A stretch of DNA of 64,000 nucleotides from positions 62,001 to 126,000 of the forward strand of contig NW_015174352.1 in NCBI RefSeq assembly GCF_001447785.1, in the 5' to 3' direction. The position numbers were made by a program, and so were the translations under genes. Shown in pieces: positions 48,986 to 60,524 of the stretch (position 1 is the stretch's first letter; every line of letters starts with the position of its first letter). The notes below the pieces were generated by a model that had not been told where the DNA came from, did not search any database, and worked only from the letters and a program-made list of their open reading frames with translations. Source of the stretch: Gekko japonicus (Eukaryota).

Positions 48986-49163
48986 GGGATTTTAGTGATG
49001 CCATTGAGACTCTGCTGACAGCCATCGTTGTGATCAAACAGTCCCGTGTTGCAAATGATGAGCGCTGCAGAGTCCTTGTCTCTTCACTTAAGGATTGTCT
49101 CCATGGCATTGAAGCCAAGTCCTACAGCATGGGGAGCAGCAGCAGCAGCAGCAGTTCCTCCAG
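48986..49163 (+). CDS. CPSF7: CPSF7 coding exon 7
   Basis: [49 protein letters not shown](S)9; 178 nt. Confidence 0.98.
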
Positions 49164-49351
49164 GTAAAGCTTCACTAGGTAGGATTGTTGCAGTAATCAA
49201 TAGGATTTATTTTCCAGCATCAAGGAATAGTCTGGTTCCCTTCCTAGGTTATGTACAGCCAGGTAGAAATATGTGCTTGTTCAAAGGAAGACTCATGTGT
49301 ATGTTTTAGTGGTATTTCTTCAGAAACCCAGATGTCTGATTTATCTTCCAG

Positions 49352-49520
49352 AAAAAGGCACCGGTCTCGGGATAGGTCACCCAGTCGATCCCGTGAAAGC
49401 AGCAGGAGGCACCGAGATGCAATCCATAATGAAGATCGTCATGAGGACTATTTTCAGGAAAGAAGCCGGGAGCATGAGAGACACAGAGACAGGGACAGAG
49501 AAAGAGACCGGCATCACTGA
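49352..49520 (+). CDS. CPSF7: CPSF7 last coding exon (RS/RD/RE domain)
   Basis: [35 protein letters not shown]; probable donor AGG|GTGTGT about 21 nt after the stop. Confidence 0.97.
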
Positions 49521-49711
49521 GATATGAGAAATCTTTCCAGGGTGTGTGTTGGGTCACTGGGAGGCCAGTTTTCCTCTCTGCTCCTGTCAGACTCCACTAT
49601 GTTTTGCAGAAACAGTAAAATAAAATAAAAACATGCAGGTCTGCTCAGTTTGCACAGTTGCAGTCACAGGATTTAACAACACTTAACTGGACCATCTTCC
49701 CAAATAAAACA

Positions 49712-49830
49712 TGAGTCCAGTAGCACTTTAGAGACTAATTTATTGTGGCATAAGCTTTTGTGAGCTGTGACTCATGTAAGCTTCTGTGCAAATAAATTTT
49801 GTTAATCTCTAGGTCTCTAAAGGAGCACAG
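49712..49830. repeat. Palindromic Penelope-like terminal-repeat remnant
   Basis: GAGTCCAGTAGCACTTTAGAGACTAA..CATAAGCTTTTGTGAGCTGTGACTCA..AAATAAATTTTGTTAATCTCT; related remnants at about 22110-22195, 32190-32275 and 61985-62062. Confidence 0.55.
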
Positions 49831-50011
49831 CCAGGATAAGGCTATTAGTATGTATTTATGCATCTTTTGATTTCTTTTTTCCCCATACAAGGCCTTATGT
49901 GTAGCATTTGGCAATGCTGCCACAATTAGGTGAACTTAGTATGTTTAACCTAACTCAGCCTCTCCTTTTTTAATGTTATCATCTAATGCTGTTTATTTTT
50001 AAATCATACCT

Positions 50012-50726
50012 TATTTTTTTTTAAAAATAAATATTTTATTTAATCATATAATATTACAATATTTCACTAGAACAAGCATTCAAGTATACAGAATTGAAAT
50101 ATTGAACAGTATAATAAGGTTACAGACCATCAGTAGAGTTGAGTGTGAACAACTAAACACATTAAAATTTGAAATACAAATGCAGGGCTGAGAAGTTTGT
50201 TGAACAACACAGATTTACACTGGCAGTGGAACAGTGTGTTGGCTTTTACTTAAAACATAGCAATCATTTGAGAGATCAGACCAACACCTGAGCATTAGAC
50301 GTTGCCATTTCTTTAGGAGACTGGATTGGCCTGAGGTATCACTAAATCTATCCAGATTATATGTAATTTTATCCAGGATGGAGAAATCCCATAACTTCAA
50401 GTGCCATTCTTGCAGCGATGGAATTGATGCAGACTTCCAATGAGAAGCAATAAGACATATAGCTGTGATTAACATGATCATAATTAGTTCTTGTTTTGCT
50501 TTGGAGATTTTGCAATTTCCCCACAGATTAGGAAGAATTAATTCCGGGGATGGGGGAATGAAATGACCAGTGACTATATGGATTTTGTTTTGAATTTGAG
50601 TCCAAAATGTACCTATCAGTTTACAGGACCACCAACCATGGTAAAAAGTCCCCTGTTCCCCACATTGTCTCCAGCAGGTTGGTGGCATCGTGGGGTTTGA
50701 CTGGGCTAGTTGTGCAGGGGTTGGGT
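50012..50726 (-). mobile_element. 5'-truncated L1 LINE (ORF2 C-terminal CCHC region plus 3'UTR and poly(A))
   Basis: CWRQCGEQGTFYHGWWSC zinc knuckle, IASHWKS..PSLQEW; A-rich tail. Confidence 0.88.
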
Positions 50727-51705
50727 ACCTAACGCAGCCTCTTAAGAGGGGCTTATGTTGTGCTCAGTTCACCGCCTACTGTCGTCACCTATGGTGCTCC
50801 TCCAGCTTGCCCATACACTATTCCTGTGTACCTGTCTGGAGCTAGAAGCTGCAGTGTGCATATAGCCTTATGTTTTCAAAACCAGACACAGTTATTTGTG
50901 TTCATTTAACCTTGCCCTGTTACTGCTTTTGGACACCTGGGTCTGTTTGTTTGCTGACATCACCAGATCAAACTCTTGTTAGCACGGCACAGCTTTGTAA
51001 AAAAAAACTTTGTGCAGAAACTGGTTTAATCCTTCCTTGGTGAAATGCATGCCTCTTAAGTCAGCAGCTTTGTCAATATGAAATTTGGGTGAAATCATCT
51101 GCAAAGTGTGTGTTTGACACAGTGAAGTTTAGCTACAGTGCCTAGCTGTGACTTTCCAAATCCAAACTCTGTCTTGGGTGGCCTTTCCATTGTCTTAGGT
51201 TCCAATTATGCTATTTTCTAGTTCAGCATATAAACCACACACAACTCTTTTGATTCCCTGTAAGTAGCATTCTGGAGTAAGCTTGCAAAATTAATAAAGC
51301 TCATATGTCCTTTCAAGACAGCCTCCAGTCTGCTGATTGACTATCTTATATGACTGGAAAAGCAGTGTTGTGGGTTTTTTTCATTGTGAATTGACGGTCT
51401 CAAGTAGAATAGAAACTTCAGAAATGAAGAAAATTTAGTTGTGCTGCTTTTCCTGCTTAAGATCTGCAGTTGAGAGAATTTGACTTGAGAACTACTGTGA
51501 TTTGATGGACAGGGTGTTGAGTCCCAGTGTGGCTCAGCCATGAGCTTCTTAACCTCGGGCAAGCATCTAAAGTCAGTTCCATTTTCTGCAGGGAAATAAG
51601 TTACTTCCTCACAGGCTGGTTGTCAAGAACGAATGTGCAAAATTCTTAATTGAAGTGCTTTAGCAACTGTGAATAATGCCCCTCATTTTGTTCTGTCTCT
51701 TTCAG

Positions 51706-53975
51706 GAGCATGGGAGGAATTCAGTGTTTTATGGACTCATATTTCCTGTCCTTAATCAAGACTAAAGGATGGATGCTTCTCCACGCTCTCCTTCCCACTT
51801 CCCATTGACCCTTCTGGACCCCTTGGAAAGAGACTTTACCTGCAGAACTCCATCTGGCGCACAGTGGCACAGGGATCTGAGCTCTGCCAGTGTGAGTCGT
51901 GTGCTGCTGCTTCATGGAGAAACACTGAATGACTTGGAGTTTGGAAGGGGTTGTCTGAGCCACTGTGACTAGGGGCCACTTCAGTCCATGGATTCTTGGA
52001 CCCAAAGAGAATGGTGCTTTCCACAGAGGTTTACCCACCTCTTTCCTTTCCATGGCTTTCTAGGAGCACCTGGGGAGGAACCCATCCAGCTTGTCTCCTG
52101 TAGGAAGAACTGTCGCTTCAGTACAGCACAGGATGTCTGACTGTAGTCTCACTGAAGCTTGTGTCCACAGTCCACAATGCATTGCCTTCTCAAGCATCCA
52201 GTCTCCTAAAGTCTCATCCTTTCCCCAAAACAGCTTCAGTTTTGCTTCTCTAGCACCATCGTACACAGCTTAGAAAACAGTATATTTTTTTTAATGGGAG
52301 GGCAGGCTGGCTATTGCTTCCAATTACCCTTCTTTTGTATCTCTTCTCTCTGTGTTACTCCCTGTCCTGAAAGCCGCCATCTCCGTTCTGCCTGTCTTTT
52401 TCTGGACAGGCCTGTGTTGGTCATCCTGCTCCAATAGGGAGTCTCCCTTAAGAAACTGTTCTGGCTCTGGGTACTCTTTCCACAGGTGATACATATTTGC
52501 TTACAGCTTCCTTGCTTTGATTCATGCAAATACCTGCTTCAGTTGTAGCTTCTTGCATAAACCTTTGCTTCCGGGGCAGCCCTCCTAGAGTGCCACCTTC
52601 CTTCTTGTAGAGGGAGTGTTGTAGGCAGAAGACTGACTGATGTAGTGCATGGAGTTGGGAGCAAGTCAGACTGAGGCTAGCTCAGAGGGATGGGATGCAG
52701 CACACCCTGAGCGCATTGTTAAGTTCCATGTGATGTATGTGTTGATTTAAGGTCCAGGAGTTCCCTTGCTCTGAGCCCAATTTAAACAGAGCTCACTTGA
52801 GAATGATTCGCTTATGAGTTTGCTTCAGATGGCACCAGCTTTGCTGATCTGAGACATACTGTTCTAGGGGAAATGCTTGGAGGCCGTGGAAAGCTGCTGC
52901 TTGTTCACACCATGTGTAACTGCTGTGTAAACAAAAGTAAGGCTTCTGGAGGTTCTCAGTCTTTAAGCTGGCAGCCCCTTCAGGCCAGTAGCGTCAAAAT
53001 CTGCTTAGGAACGTTATGGGACAGGTGTGGCTGTAGAACTCTAGGTTAATCTGTTATCTTTGAGATGTAACCCTTTGGAGTACAGGTTTTGGTGCTCCGA
53101 CCCAGTTTGAGTGCTCCAGTTTCTTAAAAACAAGATAACACTCTTCATCTTGGAATATATAGTCTCCAGCACCTGGATCTCTGTAATCAGGCCAAGTGTC
53201 TGTTGCATTCATGAACACTTGATGTGACTGACCAGCTGCATGGTGAAGCTCCCCCTTGCTGGAGGATCCTGTCTGGTCCCACCAAGACAGTTGTGAGGCC
53301 TAAAGAGGATGAACGATGTCTGGGAAAGGATGTCGCCGTATGACGCTGCACCTCCCTTTTGTACTGTTGGTCAGAGAGGTCTCAGCTCTAAATGTTGGTG
53401 TTTTTTTTTTTAAATGAAAACAAAGTTATGTAAACTAAAATGGGGTAATGGCTTAAACTGTAAAGTATCAAATATAAAACATTTGATTGGAAGAGTTGTT
53501 TTTTACATAATAGGACAATTTTAGTTTGTTTTGAAATAATGGAAGTAAAATGGAGAAAAGAAAGAAACCAATGACAGAAAAATAGCATTGGCTCCCCTCT
53601 ACTCACCCACCCTGTTCTTCGTGATTTGATTTGTTTGTCTTTTTCTGATAGGTTGGAAATTGTGTAATAAACTTGATGATATTGTCAATCTTTTATACTG
53701 CATTGTATGGTTTCTTTTTTCCTTTTGTAACATTTTAAACAAGTGGGGAAGGGGTGTTGCTGTTTTATGAAATCTCTCCACTAAATAAGATGGGGGGGAG
53801 AGGGGTATGTAGACCAGAAAGGCAAAGAATGGATAGATAAGGAAGATGTTTCTACAACACAGATTCTAAGTTTTGGCTGGCTGATAGCCCTTGTACAACC
53901 ATGGCTTTTATGTAATGCTAGTTCACAACCTCTTTGTGTACACGAATTAAAATGCCTTTTAAAAAGCTTTAAACA
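51706..53975 (+). other. CPSF7: CPSF7 non-coding terminal (3'UTR) exon
   Basis: Strong acceptor TTGTTCTGTCTCTTTCAG|GAG; repeat-poor sequence ending in poly(A) signals. Human CPSF7 also has an intron just after the stop. Confidence 0.65.
53666..53951 (+). terminator. Tandem polyadenylation signals of CPSF7 (AATAAA 53666-53671; ATTAAA 53946-53951)
   Basis: Hexamers with upstream TGTA elements and downstream U-rich sequence. Confidence 0.6.
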
Positions 53976-54342
53976 TCTATTTCATCATTGTATTTTACAA
54001 GCGACATTTCAGACTGTATATCTGAAATGATCTGACATAGAAGTAGCATGACCACGAGCAGTGGCTTTGGGTTTTTTTAAAAGCAGAGTTAACTCTGTTG
54101 TGGGTTTAAGGAGTTGTTGATTTGTGCTTGGAGGAGGATTTGGGAATGAGGTTTGTCTTTGCTGTGACTTCATCAGCCTAGACTTTTATATCATGTAGAC
54201 CCAGTTCTTTGGAAGAAACTGATAAATTGCTTAGTTTGGATGGCTGAATTCTTAAAGGACATGAAAGTTGTTATTACCTAGTAGTCTCTGAAAGTGTAAT
54301 ATGCTTCATTGCAAAGTTACCCAGTGTATGGTGCAACATACT

Positions 54343-54771
54343 TTTCTTCCTTTCTCACAATACAAGAACTCCTGGGCACTCAATGAAATTGCTGAGCAGT
54401 CAGGTTAGAACAGATAAAAGGAAGTACTTCTTCACCCAAAGAATGATTAACACATGGAATTCACTGCCACAGGAGGTGGTGGCAGCTACAAGCATGGACA
54501 GCTTAAAGAGGGGAATTAGAGAAATATATAGAGCAGATGTCCATCAGTGGCTATTAACCACAAGGTATAGGTAGGAACTCTCAGGCTGGGGCAAGTGATG
54601 CTCTGTATTCTTGGTGCTTGGGGGGGGGCAACAGTGGGAGGGCTTCTAGTGTACTGGCCCCACTGCTGGACCTTCTGATGGCACCTAGTATTTTTGGCCA
54701 CTGTGTGACAGAGTGTTGGACTAGTTGGGCCATTGGCCTGATCCAACATTGGCTTCTCTTATGTTCTTATG
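54343..54771 (+). mobile_element. CR1 LINE 3' end
   Basis: RTDKRKYFFTQRMINTWNSLPQEVV plus (TTCTTATG)n tail. Confidence 0.92.
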
Positions 54772-56674
54772 TAGGTGTCACTATATCCCCACCCGAATAA
54801 ATTTCTAGGATTGATTTTGGAAAAATCAGGTTCTACAATGGCAACCATTGGAGGGGCTATAGCTCAGTGGTTAGACATGTTTTGCTACGTACCTGGCTTT
54901 AACCAGTGAATCTTAGGGTCTAGGAAAGATGCCAGTTTCAGTTAATACAGACCATACTGAACTAGGGTCTCTAAGGAGCTTATAATGTGGTCGACACAGA
55001 AACCTCCATGGAGTGGAAATGGCAGGTGTCGTAAAATGAGATACAACTACTTAAAACATCTTGAAGCAACACCGAGTACCTTGAGTGCAGCCTAGAGTGT
55101 CAAGGCAAGAACACTAATGGAAACCAAAGGAGGAACAAGCCAGAGTCGGGTGCAGTCGGAGTTCTGGCTGAGGCCAGGTATTTATTTTGTAAAGTTTGGG
55201 GGTTTTGCATCCTTATTTGTGAAAGCAGTTTTGTCAGAGCCAATAATGATAAATCTCTTTGTTCTTGTGGTAAATGCCAACTCTTCCAGTAAGAAGCTGC
55301 AACACATGAAAGTGGCGTGCTAGACTGGCAGTGCAATCCTGGGCAGAACTGATTTCAGTGGGTTTAGGCTTACTATTGCACTGTAGTTGTGGATAATATT
55401 CCCCAAATTAAGTTAGGAATTGGCATTTAGTGAGTTACCTACTTCACCTTTTGAGATTAATCCACCTCAATAGTCATCCTTTTGCTTCTGCTTTATCCCA
55501 CCGAGCTGGTTAATGTCTTTAAACTGATGGTCCCAAGAGGGTGGCAGTAAAGGCCTTTGAGATGAATTGGCTTAATTGTTTTGTTACGTTTATTTGCCTC
55601 TGTCTCCTTCGTTTTTCATATCTGTACTTAGTATTCATGATCTTTTAAATGTGGTCACTTACCCTTTGCTGTATCATGCACTATTCTCACCTCCACCCTT
55701 CTCACAAATATTTGTATGTGATGGGAGATCCTAAACCATCATGAAAATGGAAAAATCTAATGACATGTTAAAGACCGAAAGATGAATTGTGGCCCTGGCA
55801 TCAGTTCTCATGGACTAGAACAGGTGTCATCGGATGAGGTATTTATTTATTTATTTATTAAACTAATTAATTAAATTAATTGAATTTGTATCCCACCCTT
55901 CCAACATGGAAGTATAAATCCAGCTATAGTGATTACTCCACATTTATTTAGTAGACCGTGATTTGGGGGGGGGCAGTAAAAAAAATCAGGAAATCCACAT
56001 TCAGAGGACAGTAAGCATACTTATCTGTCTGTGGGGTGGGAGAAGTGTTATTCTCCAATGTACAAACCAATATTTTCCTGCGTACTTAGGTAACTGTTCT
56101 GTTGAGATTTCTGCCTGGGGGAGGGGGGGCACTGTTCCCAAAGCTTCAATGTTTCTCAGCCTCTGTTTTGAAGAGCACAGCAGTGGACAGGAGGGAAGAT
56201 TGTTCTGTGAGTGCTGCTGGAGTCTAGGATCTGATCTTTAGTTATTAATAGTTCAAGGTGCCTAGACAAGAGCCTTGATGGATAGTGGGTGGTAGAATTA
56301 TTCTGTCCCAGTGTGTGGGGAAGATGCCTATTGAAACGCACATCCAAACCACACTTATTAAGACCTCCTTTTGGGGAAAATCTCTGGATATCACAGGTTG
56401 GGTCCAGATTGAATTTTCTATCAGAACAGAACTTTCCCTGCTTCCACCTCTTCTTGCAGCCCTCTGATGTCCATGAAATGCTGCTCCTGGGGGATAGGGG
56501 ACCCTGACAATTGTCAGGTGGTGTCCGCTGTGGGATCGGGGAATGGGTGGAAATTGCCAGTTTAGTCTGGATCTGGTCCATCGTTGTATGAATGATGTTT
56601 ATTTGGCCTCCTTAAAGGTCCTGTTGTGAAGGGGTTAATGGATTCCCCAGTGTTGAGTGAAACATGTCGTTTGA

Positions 56675-56770
56675 GAATGTAGCCTAGGCAAACCTGGCTC
56701 CTGTGGGTGGAGCTTAGTGCTGAGGGCGTGGATCTACTGGGTTGCTAGGCACCCATTATGACCTTGAGGG
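56675..56770 (+). promoter_or_regulatory. Putative proximal promoter of the fascin-like gene
   Basis: X-box-like GTTGCTAGGCACC (56741-56753) and GTAGCCTAGGCAAAC (56679-56693); GC/GT boxes at 56705-56714 and 56724-56731; TGACCTTGA at 56759-56767. Confidence 0.5.
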
Positions 56771-56843
56771 TCGGGATAGTTCTGAAGTGGGACCAGCTGG
56801 CAGGTCCGAAGAGCGGCGGCTGTTCAGACTCCCTGTTTCTACC

Positions 56844-57146
56844 ATGGCTTCACTGGAATTTGGCCTTGTCAATGCTGCCAACAGATACCTGACTGCAGAA
56901 CCTTTTCGTTTCCAGGTGACAGCCACAGGCTTGCAGCTGAAGCCCCGCCAGGTGTGGATTCTTCAGTTTATGGCCCCACAGGGAGCTGGGGCCGCTGGCC
57001 CAGGAGAAGGAGCTGGCCAGAAACTCCACCTGCTCAGTGCCCTGAAGCGCTACTTGGCAGCCGACGCTAATGGCAAAGTCACGTGTGATCAGGACCACCC
57101 AGGGCCTCAGACCATCTTCCTCCTGCAACAGTATCCAGATGGCAAG
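56844..57146 (+). CDS. Fascin-family actin-bundling protein, exon 1 (beta-trefoil 1)
   Basis: Perfect Kozak ACCATGG; MASLEFGLVNAANRYLTAEPFRFQVTATGLQLKPRQVW..RYLAADANGKVTC..PDGK aligns to FSCN1 [36 protein letters not shown]; donor AAG|GTGCGG, phase 0. Confidence 0.93.
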
Positions 57147-57249
57147 GTGCGGTCATGCACAACTGTCATATCCCCAGCTGTATCGCAGTAGTTGCCGCGT
57201 CCAGAAGGAGGGTGGATTTGGGTGGTGGTAAAATGTCCCTTAGGTAGAA

Positions 57250-57430
57250 CGTGATACTTTCCACTTGCAGACATTAAACCTCTGAATGCCAGTGCTGGGA
57301 GGCAACCCCAGGGAGGCCCTCTGCGCACTGTTTGGACACCCAGGGCAACTGGTTGGCATCTGCCTGGAGCAGGAGGCTGGCCGAGATGGACCCTCACTGG
57401 TCTGATCCAACAGAGCACCCCTTATGTCCC
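57250..57430 (+). mobile_element. Old CR1 3' tail fragment
   Basis: GATGGACCCTCACTGGTCTGATCCAACAGAGC..CTTATGT, a typical CR1 3' terminus. Confidence 0.65.
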
Positions 57431-57853
57431 TCCCACGGCTACTTTCTTGTCTAATGGTGTACATGTTTTGTCTTCCTCTATTGGTTTCTGTTCAAGAGTC
57501 AACTGAGAGTGCTGAGTTTGAGAATTATTGTTGAGGGGCCAGAATGTCTTTGGCAAGCCCCTTATACTAGTGACTGGACTCCAGGAGTTGTGGCCAGGAG
57601 GCAATTTCCCATGCTCCCAGCTTGATGCTGTAATGTGCAACTTAGAGTGTGTAAAGCATACCAGGATTAAGTAGGTTCTTTTGGTCTTACAACTTTCTTG
57701 TGTTCTACTCGAGAAGCCACTGCGATGGTCTGCAAAGCCTGACTTGGCCCCTGCTGGCCAAGCAGACTGGTAGTCGACTACTGTGGTTTAGTGGGACATG
57801 GACGAGCTCAAACGATTCACCGTAGGCCCTGCTTGCCAGGATGTACCGTAGGT

Positions 57854-58177
57854 CAGTGTTTTTCATCTGGGGGTACACATACCACTGGTGGGATGCAGAA
57901 GCAGTCTAGGTGGGACATAGGGTTTTCATAACAATTATTAAGAATTCACTCTCCTTCAGTCCTCATGTCTACCTACTAATGTGATGTACTGTCTCCTGCC
58001 GGCCCTACTTGCCACAGATTATCCATCTATGACCTTTTGGCATGGTAATGATACTGACAGAATACCCGTAAACATGTACCTTTCTTTCATAGGAGAAATA
58101 GTCTTTTCCCCCAGTCGTGGTGGGACCCATGTTTTTTTGATAGAGTGATGGCATGAAAGGTTGAGAACCACTCCCCT
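57854..58177. mobile_element. Degenerate hAT-Charlie-like MITE
   Basis: CAGTGTTTTTCATCT.../...AGGTTGAGAACCACT termini. Confidence 0.5.
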
Positions 58178-58395
58178 AGTCTAGTGACCTTGTCACTCTT
58201 TTCTTTATGGTCCTGGAACCAACGGGATAAACGTGACATGATAGGAAAGATGCAGTCCTAGCAGCTATATAGGCATGAGGAGGTAGTTGGTGATGTGGTG
58301 ATTATAAAACCAGTGGGCACCAGAGCAGTTTCGCCTTCATTTTTAATGAGAACGTTCCTGTTCTTCCTGTTTTGGGTGTCTCTCCTTCCTGTCAG

Positions 58396-58645
58396 GTGTC
58401 TCTGCAGAATGAGCAGTCTAAGCGCTACCTGGGTGGGGCAGAGGAAAACGTCACCTGCTTTGCTCAGGCTGCCACCGAAACGGAAAAGTGGACCCTGCAC
58501 CTGGCAGTGCACCCCAATGTCGCCATGTACAGCCCCAACAGGAAGCGCTATGTGCGCTGTGATGAGAAAGCTGGGGCACTGCGCTGTGACCGTGACATGC
58601 CCTGGGGCGCTGAATCAGTCATCACTGTCTACTATGATTTCAAAG
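58396..58645 (+). CDS. Fascin-family protein, exon 2
   Basis: CAG acceptor; VSLQNEQSKRYLGGAEENVTCFAQ..EKWTLHLAVHPNVAMYSPNRKRY..DRDMPWGAESVIT aligns to FSCN1 [48 protein letters not shown]; 250 nt, phase 1 out. Confidence 0.95.
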
Positions 58646-60357
58646 GTGGGTGTAGGAATTTCCCCACCTTTCTTCCTTTGCATAGGATGTCACGGGTGAG
58701 TTCAAGATCATGCTCATGCCATCAAATCCTGTTCTAAGAAATGCATGACTGAAAACTCAGAAACATGCATGCAGCAGGTAGAGAGGACTTAACTAAGGTC
58801 ATAAGCAACCCTGTTTCCTTTCCAGCTGAGAGCTGAAAGGCATCTGAGGCAAAACATGCTGCATTTCACAGAAGTCTATTTAAAACGGAAATAGTCAATA
58901 CATCTCAGAAAAATTAATGTAAAGGCCTCAGTCCAACTAACACAAATCAGTGCTATATCCTGTTGATAACAAGATACCTGGTGATTTTAAGTGGATTTGG
59001 GTCAACTTCTAATAGTAGCAGCTTTACTGCTCGGCTCTGGTCTGCCAAACTTGAATGCTCATAGTTTCCATTCATTGCTGCTCTTCCCAAATGGTTTGCT
59101 GCATATTAAATATGCATTTTCCACTATTTGCTGCATGTAGTACACCCAACCATCATCAAGATTGTGCTTCAGTTCCAAAGAAGTCATATTTCCCTAGGCC
59201 TCAACCTGCTTTATTTATCTCTACAGGAAAAGGTAAGTGGATAGCAAATGCAAGAGCTTGTTTTCTGAGTGACAAGATGGGTCACGGACAATTCTTGGAT
59301 TTTGTGTGTGTGACTATAAGAGGAGAAGTTTCTTAATGAAGTTTTGCTTCAGGGGAAGGAGAAAGGTAGTGAGAGCACCTTGCTGGTTTCCAGCACTTAA
59401 AAAAAAAAGTCTGGATTAGTGCAATGGAAAATTACGTTATTGCAACTTGACAAAACTTGAGTGAGTTTCACCTAATTGCTTAAATATACATGAGACATGC
59501 TTTGACTGTACAGAAAGCCCTCTTCGGTAGTTAAGCAGGTAATCTGGTTTCAGAGATGGTTGACAGACTAGTCCTCCTCCTGTTGCTCTCTCCACACACC
59601 GCAGTTAGTGACAAACCATTTTCAGGAGGAGTGTTGGTTCTTTGAGCCGTACTGGCTAAAATCCAGACTTCCAGAGAAGTGTATAGCCAAGATTATTGTG
59701 ATAGATGTGTGCATGGGGGGGAGGGGCAATGGTCCAGCAACTGCCCTGTCATCACAAGTCAGTGAAGCTCCCCCCACTTTCATGTGCCCAGTTGGATCCA
59801 CAGGTGATATCTGTGCTAGCAGAATGGCACTTCTGTTGGTGGGAGGGGGCCGTGTTTGCTAATTCCTCCCCATCCTGCAGGCCTTCTCTCGTTCTCCTGC
59901 ACTGTTTGTGAGGGCCCCCTGTCTCCCAGGAACAGAATTTAAGGGGGCTCAGGAGAAGTGGGGAGGCAGGAAACTCCTGCTCTGCTCCTCCTGCTCTACT
60001 TAGATTCAGTTTATTGTGTGGCAAAGGGTATTTAACCACCTTTATTGCATTAACATTCACGTAAGCCTTTGAAATAAATAATTATGGACTTCTGTCTTTT
60101 CCCCCACTGCAATGTCCTTCCACTTAAAGAACCTTTTCATTACTCTAAAAAAAGAAAGCATAAAGCTTTTTTTCTGGACCCACAGCACAGATCTTTTTAA
60201 CCTTTAGTTAAAAAGGAAAAAAGCCAACAGGCCTTTCCTTTGCAGGGTCTGCATTTCAGATATTTCTCATCCAAAACAGTGCCTGAAATTTGCTTATGGA
60301 CTGGAAATACCCAAAATGAAGAAAGGCATGCCTGAAATTTTCAGAGTTGGGGGATTA

Positions 60358-60524
60358 CCGTATTTTTCGGACCATAAGACGCACCTGACCTTAAGACGCA
60401 CCTAGTTTTTAAAGGAGGAAAACGGGGGAAAAAATATTCTGAACCTTCGGTCCATAAGACGCACTCACTTTTCCTCCCACTTTTTTTGGAAGAAAAAGTG
60501 CGTCTTATGGTCCAAAAAATACGG
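60358..60524. mobile_element. Tc1/mariner-superfamily (Tc2/pogo-like) MITE
   Basis: TIR CCGTATTTTTCGGACCATAAGACGCAC and GTGCGTCTTATGGTCCAAAAAATACGG; TA TSDs. Confidence 0.9.

Noticed and set aside
54851-54905. tRNA gene (GGGGCTATAGCTCAGTGGTTAGA)
   Set aside because: A box only, with no T arm or acceptor stem; a decayed SINE head. The same applies to the Squam3 and Sauria heads.
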